DNA from: an uncultured Gammaproteobacteria bacterium
GTDB lineage: Bacteria > Patescibacteriota > Microgenomatia > Levybacterales > UBA12049
Direction of reading: 5' to 3'
Assembly (NCBI GenBank): GCA_964515545.1
Contig: CAZERI010000001.1
Location: 269,553 to 333,552, forward strand
Length of the DNA: 64,000 nt
The notes beneath the pieces were generated by a model. The model saw only the letters and a program-made list of their open reading frames with translations. It was not told the DNA's origin and made no database searches. Shown here in pieces: positions 18,445 through 29,335 of the stretch. Every line of letters begins with the position of its first letter. The first letter of the stretch is position 1. Made by a program: the position numbers and the translations under genes.

Positions 18445-19371
18445 CTACGGTAAAACAAGCTTGTATTGTGGAATTTGTTTGAGATGCAGTCTCTCCTTAT
18501 AGCCTCCGTTATTACCTTTACCAAGATCATAGGTAGTGCATTTTTTTTCAATAGCACGTGGGATAGCTGTCCGGACTACAAATTTGCCAAGTCCAGGAAC
18601 AGTATAATCATACCCCATATTAATTGCAGTATAGGTACCATTATGAACCAGATTGTAAGATACAGCGCGGACCACATTATCGATAAGGACGATGAAGTAA
18701 TCAATGTCGTAAAGGTCAAAAAATTTATCAAAGATTTGTCGTCTATGCTCCATAGTAAAGGATGAGTCTTTACCAAAACGTGAAATACTCAAATTAAATA
18801 AGTAGTGCAGTTCCTCTCTTTTTCCTTCCCGGATCTCAATTTTTGAATCTCTGAAGCGTACCTTTAGTTCGCTCTTAATATTTTTTCTTACCTTGCCACT
18901 AAATTGATTGAAATAATCATCAAGGGAAGTAAGTCCTGCCAGATCAGCCTCAAATCGATCTGTATGATGCTCTGCTGTAACCTCACCTACTGTATAAGGA
19001 GAGGCGAGCGAATAGAGGATAGTTGGGTGGGGAAGTTGGTTTAAGAACTCTTGTTCATACTTTTCATAGCCTGGAACGAGCATGACGTGATTGTCATCAG
19101 TGTCTGCGCCACCAAATATTTCATAAAATGGTTTATCCATCTGAAATAACTTTTGGCCAATACCTTTATTTTCATTGTATTGAAGAGGAAGAAGACCAAT
19201 AGGTTGATCTCCATCATACCCAACGACAAAGTGAAGCGGGATATCTAGTGGTTCGATCCAAGCATAACGAAAGTCCCATTCATCATCAATTTTTTTGTGA
19301 GGAGAAAAATGTTGCCACAATGCATTTGCTTCAACTGGATCAGAAATTACCTTAAAAGTTATAGAAGGCAT
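18445..19371 (-). CDS. GNAT-fold (FemAB/CelD/BioF2-like, Acetyltransf_6-type) protein
   Basis: 308 aa. The C-terminal half (FIVLIDNVVRAVSYNLVHNGTYTAINMGYD) resembles the FemAB-like GNAT domain. The assignment is by pattern only. Confidence 0.4.
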   Translation of the reverse strand: MPSITFKVISDPVEANALWQHFSPHKKIDDEWDFRYAWIEPLDIPLHFVVGYDGDQPIGLLPLQYNENKGIGQKLFQMDKPFYEIFGGADTDDNHVMLVPGYEKYEQEFLNQLPHPTILYSLASPYTVGEVTAEHHTDRFEADLAGLTSLDDYFNQFSGKVRKNIKSELKVRFRDSKIEIREGKREELHYLFNLSISRFGKDSSFTMEHRRQIFDKFFDLYDIDYFIVLIDNVVRAVSYNLVHNGTYTAINMGYDYTVPGLGKFVVRTAIPRAIEKKCTTYDLGKGNNGGYKERLHLKQIPQYKLVLP

Positions 19372-19480
19372 GAATATAGTATATCATGAAAAAGAAGACA
19401 TGTTAAGCTATAGGATATTAATATTTTATAGTTTTCTCTTTGGTTAGGTCTACTGTAACAGACATTTAGCAGACCACCAG

Positions 19481-19509
19481 TAGACAAAAATATTTCCTAG
19501 GTGTATAAT
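19481..19509 (+). promoter_or_regulatory. Sigma-70-like promoter (TAGACA-17nt-TATAAT)
   Basis: TAGACA at 19481-19486, a 17-nt spacer, then TATAAT at 19504-19509. The ATG at 19525 would leave a very short leader. Confidence 0.35.
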
Positions 19510-19524
19510 TTTTTTTTGTTCAAT

Positions 19525-20850
19525 ATGTACGGACAGACATTTCAGCTTCACGAAAACGATCGTGATGACCACGCGAAGCGGTTGGGGCTCACTTTATCAG
19601 AGTTCGACCGCTTAGTAATTTCAGCTAACACCGCCTACGAAATTATCAAAGAGCTAGGGCCTTTTTATGGACGAGAGGACAGCCAAGAGCCGACATTCCG
19701 TATAGCTGCTGAGCCTATAAGATTACCAATGGGATCAAGGGAAATACTTATTCAGCTTGGACAGGATTTGCTTATGTTAGGACAAACGCTTAAGAAGCTT
19801 CCTGATAATTACAAATCCATGTTAGGAGAAGATCCTAGTTATTCTGTACCGCCTACGTGGAGAATAGACACAATTATCACTGAAGAAGGAGAACTAAAAG
19901 TAAATGAAATTGAGGGTGTAGACGGTGCTAGTGCGCTGATGATGGCTGAACAGCAAGCATATCATTTGCAAAAGTTTTCAGAATCTACTGCAGCCAAGCT
20001 GATTACAGTGCTAGAGAAGATGGATTTGAAGCAGATTGATGGAGTGTATAAGCTTGCACTTATCCGCGTTGATGTTCCAAATAACTCATGTAGTCCTAAC
20101 GCAGAGAGATTTATAGGATTTATTGATACGTTATCAAATGGTAAAGTCCAAGTGGAGCATATAAATGATGCAGATCTCCTTTCAGGTAATTTGAAGCTAG
20201 ACTGGAATTCATATTCAGGAGTAATAAATGAAGGAACTATACTCCCTCAGCAGCTCTTCTCATATGGTGTTACATCAGAAAAGCTTATTTCAGCTGGTAA
20301 TTACAATGCCTTAGTCAACAAAGGTATTTTCGCCATCTTTTTTGATGAAGCACTCAAAGAGTTTTGGATAGAGAATTTAGGTGAGGATGTCTATTTGAGG
20401 CTTAAGAATATATTAATTCCGTCATCATTCGTTACTACTCGTCAGGAGCTGGCAGATGCTCGCCATGAAGGAAAGGTAGTCAAAGTCTTTTGGGCTGGAA
20501 CAAATACAGCACTTATTAACCGCTCACGTGGAGTTGCACTTCCTTATGGTGATATAGAGCAGAGCAGTGACGAGCGGTGGGAGTACCTGGGTACATTGTT
20601 AGATCAAGGTGTAAAGCTGATCTCACAAGATTTTGTTAAACCAGCACTCATTAAGACATTTTTGCGTAAAAAAGGAATAACTCTTGAACCAGTTGAATGG
20701 TATAACCGTCTTTGTGTAAAGTACGTGGCTGATAATAATCCTAATAACGATGAGATCCCGACTGTCTCATTAACAGGTATAGAAGTAACACTTGGCCCTG
20801 ATGTTATTCCGGCCGGACGAAGATGTGCTTTTACGGCTGGTACCTTCTAA
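19525..20850 (+). CDS. Hypothetical protein (442 aa), possibly a ligase-type enzyme
   Basis: Long ORF. The ATG at 19525 is preferred over the GTG at 19501, which overlaps the -10 box. No family could be assigned by eye. Confidence 0.45.
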   Translation: MYGQTFQLHENDRDDHAKRLGLTLSEFDRLVISANTAYEIIKELGPFYGREDSQEPTFRIAAEPIRLPMGSREILIQLGQDLLMLGQTLKKLPDNYKSMLGEDPSYSVPPTWRIDTIITEEGELKVNEIEGVDGASALMMAEQQAYHLQKFSESTAAKLITVLEKMDLKQIDGVYKLALIRVDVPNNSCSPNAERFIGFIDTLSNGKVQVEHINDADLLSGNLKLDWNSYSGVINEGTILPQQLFSYGVTSEKLISAGNYNALVNKGIFAIFFDEALKEFWIENLGEDVYLRLKNILIPSSFVTTRQELADARHEGKVVKVFWAGTNTALINRSRGVALPYGDIEQSSDERWEYLGTLLDQGVKLISQDFVKPALIKTFLRKKGITLEPVEWYNRLCVKYVADNNPNNDEIPTVSLTGIEVTLGPDVIPAGRRCAFTAGTF

Positions 20851-20900
20851 TACCTCTTGTTATTTTCTTAAATTCTCATTACTATAGCGGTTGATATACC

Positions 20901-21764
20901 ATGGAACGTATAAAAGATTCTCATAGCCATTATTCATCTGACTTACCACATTCAGAAATTCTCTTTAGAGCTGAAAATATCACCTCACGTTATCCGACAA
21001 TAGGTATCATCGGAGGTCTGGGGCCTGATGCGACAGTGGATCTCATGCGTGAAATTAATAATAATACGCGCCTTATGCTCAATGCCCAAAGGGATCAAGA
21101 TCATCTCCGTGTACTTGTCGCGAGTAACGCATCAACACCTGATAGGACGGCTCATATAAATAGTTGGCTAGGGAAGTCAGAAAATGCTGCTGAAGACCCA
21201 TTTTTTCATTTAGTATCCTCATATCTTGACCTAAAAGGAAAGCAAAATCAAAAGCAGAGGGTAAAGTATGTGGGAATTCCTTGTAATACGGCTCATTTTT
21301 ACGTTGATGCTCTCCAGCAGTTTATGGATGAAGATGGAAGTGGGATGAAGATTGTTCATATGATTGAAGCTGTGGCTCAGAAGTTACGAAGGGAGCATAC
21401 TGATATCAGAACAGTTGGTCTTCTGGCTACCTCAGGGACTATAGATACCGGACTTTATCAGGAGGTTCTAGAAGAGAGTGGGTTAAAGGTGTTAGTTCCT
21501 GATCAGAAAGACCAAGCTGAATTAGTAATGAAGGGAATTTACGACGAGCATGAAGGGGTTAAGGCAGGCTCCATAGAAAAACCCCGAGAAAGATTTGTAG
21601 AGGCTTCAGAAAAGCTGAGGGGACAAGGAGCGCAAGCAATTATTGAAGGTTGTACCGAAATTCCGCTTGCATTAGCTCAGAAAGATATAGAGGATATGCT
21701 TGTTATTAACCCCACTACTATTCTTGCCCAGCGGTTGATTGAATTATCAATCTCTTCCAGTTAA
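20901..21764 (+). CDS. Asp/Glu/hydantoin racemase family protein (aspartate racemase-like)
   Basis: GIIGGLGPDATVDLMREI and the VGIPCNTAHFYVD (CNTAH) motif are typical of aspartate racemases. Confidence 0.7.
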   Translation: MERIKDSHSHYSSDLPHSEILFRAENITSRYPTIGIIGGLGPDATVDLMREINNNTRLMLNAQRDQDHLRVLVASNASTPDRTAHINSWLGKSENAAEDPFFHLVSSYLDLKGKQNQKQRVKYVGIPCNTAHFYVDALQQFMDEDGSGMKIVHMIEAVAQKLRREHTDIRTVGLLATSGTIDTGLYQEVLEESGLKVLVPDQKDQAELVMKGIYDEHEGVKAGSIEKPRERFVEASEKLRGQGAQAIIEGCTEIPLALAQKDIEDMLVINPTTILAQRLIELSISSS

Positions 21765-21780
21765 TTAGCTTCTCTGGTGC

Positions 21781-21808
21781 TTGACATTCCTGGAAATGAA
21801 GCTATAAT
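21781..21808 (+). promoter_or_regulatory. Near-consensus sigma-70 promoter (TTGACA-16nt-TATAAT) upstream of the 16S rRNA leader
   Basis: TTGACA at 21781-21786, a 16-nt spacer, then TATAAT at 21803-21808. It lies ~260 nt upstream of the 16S 5' end. Confidence 0.5.
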
Positions 21809-22069
21809 ATCTAGTACGTATGTAGGGATAAGACATAGATTTGTTCTGTGACTCGCTCTTCGCGAGTTTTTTTATCCCAAAATTACTCTTCATTACCACT
21901 TAACTTGTCCGCCTAGAGGCGTGACTAACAAGTAGTAATTCGAACTTTAACAGTCGAAAAGTGGTAGGGAATTTTTTAGATTTCCAAACTTCCCTTTAGC
22001 ATCGCACACGCATTGCTATTTTTTGTTTGGAAATCGACAGCATTTAATGAAGACTATCTTCGTTAAATT

Positions 22070-23538
<1,469 letters not shown>

Positions 23539-23774
23539 AATTTTAACTTTGATTCTAGTAATAGAGGCATAATCTAATGAGGAAAGGGGAAGACATAAAA
23601 CTTGATCTCAACAGCTCAACTGGGTGAGACAAGGAGATGTGTATTAAAGCAACCAAGCTAAGTGAGCAGTGCTTGAATAGTTTCGTTATACTGAGAAACT
23701 ATATAAAAACTACTCTCGCCTCTCTACCACTTTTTGATTGTTAAGGACCGAGTTTGACTCGGTTAAAACAGATT

Positions 23775-23799
23775 AACCATCCGCAAGGATGGTTTTTTT
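23775..23799 (+). terminator. Terminator-like hairpin in the spacer downstream of 16S (AACCATCC-GCAA-GGATGGTT + T7)
   Basis: Perfect 8-bp stem, GNRA-like tetraloop and a run of 7 T. It could equally be a processing stem. Confidence 0.4.
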
Positions 23800-23909
23800 G
23801 TGGATTTGTATTTGTTCTAGCCTCACGGCTATGGTAGAATCAAGACTACCTGTTGGTAAAGGCGCCAGGTACAAGACTATACCTGGCAGCCAGATACCGC
23901 ATGGTATCT

Positions 23910-23982
23910 GGCGCGGTGGTGAAGTGGTTAACACAGCTGTTTGCAGAACAGCCACTCACCGGTTCGAATCCGGTTCGCGCCT
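23910..23982 (+). tRNA. tRNA-Cys (anticodon GCA)
   Basis: GGCGCGG/TCGCGCC acceptor with G7-U66, a 3-bp D-stem, GCTGT-TTGCAGA-ACAGC anticodon arm (GCA) and ACCGG-TTCGAAT-CCGGT T-arm. Discriminator U73 is the CysRS identity element. Confidence 0.7.
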
Positions 23983-24125
23983 CACTTATAAGGAGGTGGC
24001 TTCAATATTAGGTTCAAATCTGGTAAAATAGCATTTCAGCGTATGGATAGTGGCATATAGTAGATAGAAAAATTCATTAGTTTTTCTCCTATTAGCCATA
24101 AGCTCTATGCTAATAGCACGTCTAA

Positions 24126-24198
24126 GGGTTGCTAGTTCATCGGTTAGAACGCTGTCCTGATAAGACAGAGGTGCGTGGTTCGATTCCACGGCAACCCA
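24126..24198 (+). tRNA. tRNA-Ile (anticodon GAT)
   Basis: GGGTTGC/GCAACCC acceptor, GTTC-ATCGGTTA-GAAC D-arm, CTGTC-CTGATAA-GACAG anticodon arm (GAU) and CGTGG-TTCGATT-CCACG T-arm. Discriminator A. Confidence 0.85.
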
Positions 24199-24298
24199 CA
24201 ACACACAACTTACTCATCTCATCGTTTGTTCCTGAGGTTCTATCCTTCAATTTTCCTACACATTTTTTACAGTATTTTAGTTAAATTGTTAGCTTATC

Positions 24299-24541
24299 TT
24301 GAAATACTTAGTTTTTCGTATGAGTAGTGAAGAAGATCAATCATTTTTATGGTGGGTGCTGCCTATCTTTACCTTAGTGACAGTTTTTACATTAGGTGTG
24401 CTGCTTCTCCGTCCAGGAGAGACTGCAAATAAAAGAGACTATGGTACCCAGGTAGGAGTAGGCGGGGGACCTCCTGGAGATCTTAAAACTACCCTTACAC
24501 CTACACCGACTATTGGGTCGCCTGTAGCACCTAGCTTTTAG
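24299..24541 (+). CDS. Hypothetical small membrane/secreted protein
   Basis: 80-aa ORF with one hydrophobic helix (WWVLPIFTLVTVFTLGVLLL) and a Gly/Pro/Thr-rich tail. Weak. Confidence 0.3.
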   Translation: MKYLVFRMSSEEDQSFLWWVLPIFTLVTVFTLGVLLLRPGETANKRDYGTQVGVGGGPPGDLKTTLTPTPTIGSPVAPSF

Positions 24542-26027
24542 GAGATGATTTGAGTTTAAGCCAGAAATCTTCCTGACGGCAGAGATTTTTACTATCCTTT
24601 TTATCCTCTAAAATTTGTTTGACAGCCTCTTCTAAAAAGATTGTATTTTGTGAGCCTTTAGCTAAAAGTAATGTCTCTTTTGGCAGATTATCCTTTAGGT
24701 ATTCACCCGCACGGAATGAAGAATCAAACCAGCGGACTTCTTTAAAGCCTTTTTCATTCTCTTGGATAATCGGGAGGACAAATTCTCGGGTAAGAGGTCC
24801 AACGAGGTAAAGGTAATCAACGATTCCGATAAGCTTTTTTGCTACTTCTTCATGCTCGATACGGGATTCGTTACCTAGTTCACGCATATCTCCAAAAAGA
24901 AATGACACGTCGCGATTTGTTTCTTTCTTTAAGATATCTACAAGATCCAAGAAGGCAGAAATTGACGCTTTCGAGGCATTATAAGAAGAGTCGATGATAA
25001 TACTTTTATTGATACCTTTGAATATGCTTGCTCTTCCTTTAGGAGGCTGATAATTCTTCTCAAGAGATACTTTTATTTGTTCGAGTGTGAGTCCTGCTTC
25101 TAGCCCGACTAAAATGCTGGCAGCAAATACTTCCCGATATTCTTGCGGTAAAATATGGTTAGTAAAGGTAAGATTTATCTCTTCACGTTTGGAGCTATTT
25201 TTAACAAAAAAATCAAAAGAAGATCCTTTAAGGCTGACTCGGTAAAGACCATACGAAATATCGCACGTACTTTTTGTGCCAAAAGTGAGGAGCTTACTGG
25301 ATAATTCTTTTTTTTCAATCTGATTAGTTATATTCGTATCATCAGCGTTATAAATACCTACTTTGCAATGAGACTTAGTAATAATTTTTGTATCCTCCCG
25401 AGCAATATTTGTTATCACTTCTTGCAGTCTATCCTTCTGTGATAGTCCTTCTTTTCTTACTGTTTTATCAAATTGGAGCGAATGAGTAGCAGAGACATTT
25501 AAAGAAATAGCAATATCAGGTTCAAGAATTGATAATAGGTAATCCATGTTTTTTGGTGGATCAGGTTCATCTATTCCCATTTCCGCGACTAAGTATTTGG
25601 TATCTTTGAGGAAATGTAGGTTGAGTGGAGACTTGGCCAGCATCTTAAGCCAGTCTAAAGGTGAGTAGTTTTCAGGCTGCATACCAAGGATACCAAGGGG
25701 AATTCCAGTCTCGGAATTTCCGACAGCCTTAGTTGGGAAGTAATCATTGAGGACTGCTTCAATTGCTTTGCGTGTAGAAGATTTACCTACTGATCCAGCA
25801 ATACCGATAATAGTAGGGTTATGCTTATTTAACGCTTTTTTTGCAAAATAGCGGAGGTAGGAGAGAGTAGATGTAGTAAGCTGGCGTCTCACATAACTAT
25901 TATAGCAAGCGGTTTCATTAAAGCCTACTGAGACTATGCATAAACCTCCATAGTACTTACTTGGCCTCGGTTTACCTGACCGACTATGATTTGATGAGGG
26001 TGTCTTTGATTTGGTAAGTTTAGCCAT
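24531..26027 (-). CDS. Mur ligase family protein (MurF-like UDP-MurNAc-peptide ligase)
   Basis: P-loop IIGIAGSVGKSSTRKAIEAVL and the Mur-ligase C-terminal DSSYNASKASISAFLDL motif. The N-terminal ~70 aa of the ORF overlap the upstream gene and are probably not translated. Confidence 0.65.
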   Translation of the reverse strand: MAKLTKSKTPSSNHSRSGKPRPSKYYGGLCIVSVGFNETACYNSYVRRQLTTSTLSYLRYFAKKALNKHNPTIIGIAGSVGKSSTRKAIEAVLNDYFPTKAVGNSETGIPLGILGMQPENYSPLDWLKMLAKSPLNLHFLKDTKYLVAEMGIDEPDPPKNMDYLLSILEPDIAISLNVSATHSLQFDKTVRKEGLSQKDRLQEVITNIAREDTKIITKSHCKVGIYNADDTNITNQIEKKELSSKLLTFGTKSTCDISYGLYRVSLKGSSFDFFVKNSSKREEINLTFTNHILPQEYREVFAASILVGLEAGLTLEQIKVSLEKNYQPPKGRASIFKGINKSIIIDSSYNASKASISAFLDLVDILKKETNRDVSFLFGDMRELGNESRIEHEEVAKKLIGIVDYLYLVGPLTREFVLPIIQENEKGFKEVRWFDSSFRAGEYLKDNLPKETLLLAKGSQNTIFLEEAVKQILEDKKDSKNLCRQEDFWLKLKSSPKS

Positions 26028-27205
26028 TCCTGAACATGATTCTGAGACATAGCTAGATCAGCAATTTGTCGTGATTTATCCATATTTTTAGTTTGAATAA
26101 GGAGAGTATGAGTATTTGAAAAAGCAGCTCCTACTTCTGAATGATTGGCTAGGTTCTGTGATATGGGGTAATGAGCCTGGTCTAAGACCTCTTTCAAGCG
26201 TTCAGGATTGATAAATTCATCATCGTCAATACTCGATCGGGGAATGCGTAATTTGAATGTAGTATTGGGGCCAAGTCTGTACATAATACCCAGTGGTCTT
26301 GGATCAGTCGAGAGGCTGATAATAGATGGATTTTGAGTCTTTACTGCTTCTTTATAATCAATTCCACGTTTTGCATATTCTATTCTTACCTGCTCCATAG
26401 CTTCCTCCCAATCATTAAGATAATTATGCAAGGAGTCAGGCATATTAGTAAGCTGGTCTTCAGAGATTGCTGGCATACCAGATGCATAAATTTTTGCTGC
26501 ATTGTAGCGTCTTTTATCAAAATAGCGTGGATTTACACCTGTCTCACTTGAATACCCACCATTGGAATGTCTGAAGTAGCCAACTGGTAATACTTTTCCT
26601 AGTCTGTGATCAAGTGCAACGGCTCCTATCCATTTATTTGTTAGCTCCATAGCATCTTGTGAAGAGTAGATAGTCTGCATAACTGGATCTTCATGGACGA
26701 TATGCTCACCAGCGAAATGTCCCGCCCCAGAGCCATCTTTGGCTGGTTCCTCGCCATTTGCTAACTGTCTTGCGTATTCATCTGTAATTCCACACCCCAC
26801 AGGGCTCTTCTTTGGAACGAAACGCTCACCGTCATAATGTCCAAAAAATCCAACACTATTTACCCCCTGGCTATTCATAATCCCAGCAAATTGTTTTTTA
26901 AACTGTTCATCCCCACCAGCACCCAGGGCTCTGACTGAAGCAGTTCGTACACCAACCCTTTCCGGAATCCAGACTCGAGCATCTCCGCAGAGAACAATAG
27001 CCGTTAGCTTCCCAAGTCTTTTATTTTCTTGCCATTCAGCAAGATTTTCCTGTACTTTTGGTTGTCTATTTTGCTCTACTAAAAAATCAGGAGAGACTTC
27101 CAAGATAGGCTCTATATAAGGTTTGGCTTCAATATGTGGATCAGGGAATTCTGATCGATGATTACTTGCTCTTTCAGTCATAGTAGGATCTGGTAGTTGG
27201 GGCAT
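25934..27205 (-). CDS. Hypothetical protein (423 aa)
   Basis: Long ORF with normal composition and no recognisable motifs. Confidence 0.5.
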   Translation of the reverse strand: MPQLPDPTMTERASNHRSEFPDPHIEAKPYIEPILEVSPDFLVEQNRQPKVQENLAEWQENKRLGKLTAIVLCGDARVWIPERVGVRTASVRALGAGGDEQFKKQFAGIMNSQGVNSVGFFGHYDGERFVPKKSPVGCGITDEYARQLANGEEPAKDGSGAGHFAGEHIVHEDPVMQTIYSSQDAMELTNKWIGAVALDHRLGKVLPVGYFRHSNGGYSSETGVNPRYFDKRRYNAAKIYASGMPAISEDQLTNMPDSLHNYLNDWEEAMEQVRIEYAKRGIDYKEAVKTQNPSIISLSTDPRPLGIMYRLGPNTTFKLRIPRSSIDDDEFINPERLKEVLDQAHYPISQNLANHSEVGAAFSNTHTLLIQTKNMDKSRQIADLAMSQNHVQEWLNLPNQRHPHQIIVGQVNRGQVSTMEVYA

Positions 27206-27276
27206 ATAAAAAGTAAAAAAACATTATACACCCAGAGTCCATCTTTGCAAGATGCTTAATTTGTTATAATTCCCTC

Positions 27277-28650
27277 ATGAAAGTTACAACTCTTCATGAG
27301 GCGCAATCTTATTTAGAGTCCTACATCAGGCCGAGTGTCTTTGAACGAGTCCAGGAAGATAGCCACCTTAAAGATCCGTTGGATCGGATGCGAGTTCTTT
27401 TACGCCTTCTAGGTAATCCTGAGAAAAAATTCAAATCAGTCCAGGTAAGTGGAACTTCAGGAAAAGGCTCCACAGCCTATCTTCTGGCCAATATAATAGG
27501 CAAAGCCGGATACAAAACTGGCTTTGCTACATCTCCTCACCTGCAGAGTATTAATGAGCGTATGCAGATTACTATGCGAAAAATTAGTGATGATGCACTT
27601 ATCTCATTAGTTAACGAGCTTATCCCGCAAGTCGAAGCAATCAAAAAGATGCCAGAAGGAGAACCATCATACTTTGAACTTCTCACAGCACTTGCATTTA
27701 TGCATTTTGCCCACGAGAAAGTTGATATCGCTGTTGTTGAAGTAGGACTTGAAGGCAAATATGATGCTACGAATGTACTAGAGCCTTTAGTTGTGATACT
27801 TACCAATATTTCTAAAGATCATACTGATATGCTTGGTACGACAGAGGGTGAAATTGCTGAAGAGGCATTTAGTATTATGAGAAAAAATGAGAGAGGAGAA
27901 ACTCCTCTTGTAATTACAGGAGTGAAGCAGGATTTTCTCCGTAAGAAGCTTCTTAAGAAAGCTGTTTCCCTTCATGAAGACGTAAAAATACTAGGACGAG
28001 ATTTTACGTACTCTCTGCAGAAGAAGACGAAAAACGGAGCAAAGTTTATGTTTTCAGAAGAGGGGGTATCACTATCTGATCTGGAAGTTCGATTACGGGG
28101 GGAATACCAGGTGGAAAATGCAAGTCTGGCTTTGGCTGCTTGTATTAGTTTAGAACGTGTAGGTTTTACTATTCCTGAAGAAGCTAAGCGTCAAGGATTG
28201 AGTACTGCTTTTTTCCCGGGAAGGTTTGAAGTTATTGTCAGCGGGAAGCAACTTATTATATTAGACGGTGCACATAATGAAGCAAAGATGAAAGCTTTCT
28301 TGCAGGCGCTTCAAGCTTATTATCCTCACCAGAAAAAGGTATTTATTGTCGGATTTAAGAGAAATAAAGATACAGCATCTATGATACGTGAGTTATTTGC
28401 GATAGATAATGCAAAATTTATTTTTACTGAATTTAGTAATACAGGTGACTATCTCCGCAGCAATTCGATGAGTCTAGATCAACTGAGATCAAGTAGTGAA
28501 GAAGCTGGCTCTCAGAGAGAGATAGAGTATATAGCATCTGTCCCTGATGCATTTGCTAAGGCGCAGGTGAGTAATAAAGAACTCATTATCGTCACAGGGT
28601 CACTCTATTTGGTTGGAGAGATGAGAGAATATCTTTTTCCTACTGAGTAG
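27277..28650 (+). CDS. folC: Folylpolyglutamate synthase / dihydrofolate synthase (Mur ligase family)
   Basis: VSGTSGKGSTAYLLANIIGKAGYKTGFATSPHL is the FolC P-loop region. The Mur-ligase C-terminal domain includes DGAHNEAKMKAF. Confidence 0.8.
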   Translation: MKVTTLHEAQSYLESYIRPSVFERVQEDSHLKDPLDRMRVLLRLLGNPEKKFKSVQVSGTSGKGSTAYLLANIIGKAGYKTGFATSPHLQSINERMQITMRKISDDALISLVNELIPQVEAIKKMPEGEPSYFELLTALAFMHFAHEKVDIAVVEVGLEGKYDATNVLEPLVVILTNISKDHTDMLGTTEGEIAEEAFSIMRKNERGETPLVITGVKQDFLRKKLLKKAVSLHEDVKILGRDFTYSLQKKTKNGAKFMFSEEGVSLSDLEVRLRGEYQVENASLALAACISLERVGFTIPEEAKRQGLSTAFFPGRFEVIVSGKQLIILDGAHNEAKMKAFLQALQAYYPHQKKVFIVGFKRNKDTASMIRELFAIDNAKFIFTEFSNTGDYLRSNSMSLDQLRSSSEEAGSQREIEYIASVPDAFAKAQVSNKELIIVTGSLYLVGEMREYLFPTE

Positions 28651-29272
28651 GAACAGGAGAGACAGCAGCAGGTGAGGCAGTTACCGGAGCTTGCGTCCCG
28701 CTAACTACTACCGTTGTTCCTGCTACAGACTTTAGCACACTTTGGGCACCAAGTCCTGGAGAGGTTACTAATGACTTATCCAAAATGGTAATAGGAGTAG
28801 AGGTTGTCGTAGTAGCTGCAGCAGGATAGAAAGTCAGGGTAGCAACTGTTCCTTTCCCTGATTTAGCATCACGAAGATTGGCAGGAGTTATGGCAAAAGT
28901 AATTCTTCCTGTAGTCTGGTTAACTCCACCGACAGGGAGCGTCTGGGCTCCAGGGAAGAAGTCGCCAGGCTTAATACTAACGTTAGTAAGTGCTTTTGGA
29001 TCATAAGCGATTTCAAGCTGAATAGCTCGGACTGAGTCCCCTTTAGTATCAATAAGAATATTCGCAGTAGATGGTGTTCCCCTCATGGCAGTGACAGGAT
29101 TGGGAGACATGCTTAAAATCGTATGACCCGCTACAGGTGTAGGAGTCGCAGCTGCTTTATTAGCTGGTGGAGTGGTAGTTTGGGTTTGCTGCTTGGTAGA
29201 TAACGCAACAAAAACAAGAATAATTGTTAGGATCAAAAGGACGATAATAAGACCGAGGGTTTTTTTTGACAT
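28640..29272 (-). CDS. Small membrane-anchored Thr/Pro-rich surface protein with a single beta-domain (candidate cohesin-like module)
   Basis: N-terminal TM anchor (LGLIIVLLILTIILVFVAL), a T/P/A-rich linker, a ~130-aa beta-rich domain and a Thr-rich tail. It is the last gene of a co-directional block of dockerin-bearing genes. The cohesin assignment is inferred from context, not from motifs. Confidence 0.45.
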   Translation of the reverse strand: MSKKTLGLIIVLLILTIILVFVALSTKQQTQTTTPPANKAAATPTPVAGHTILSMSPNPVTAMRGTPSTANILIDTKGDSVRAIQLEIAYDPKALTNVSIKPGDFFPGAQTLPVGGVNQTTGRITFAITPANLRDAKSGKGTVATLTFYPAAATTTTSTPITILDKSLVTSPGLGAQSVLKSVAGTTVVVSGTQAPVTASPAAVSPVPTQ

Positions 29273-29335
29273 AGCTTTAATTAACTCGTTATAAATTCAT
29301 TATTTCTAAAAGAGTTTCCTTTGTCAAATTTCATT

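Noticed and set aside
25934-26027. 94-bp out-of-frame overlap between the Mur-ligase ORF and the upstream 423-aa ORF, considered as a possible frameshift or fusion
   Set aside because: The Mur-ligase conserved region begins ~70 aa into the ORF with no internal ATG. The overlap is most simply an ORF-caller 5' extension, with a true non-ATG or unrecognised start downstream. No homopolymer or slippery site was seen.
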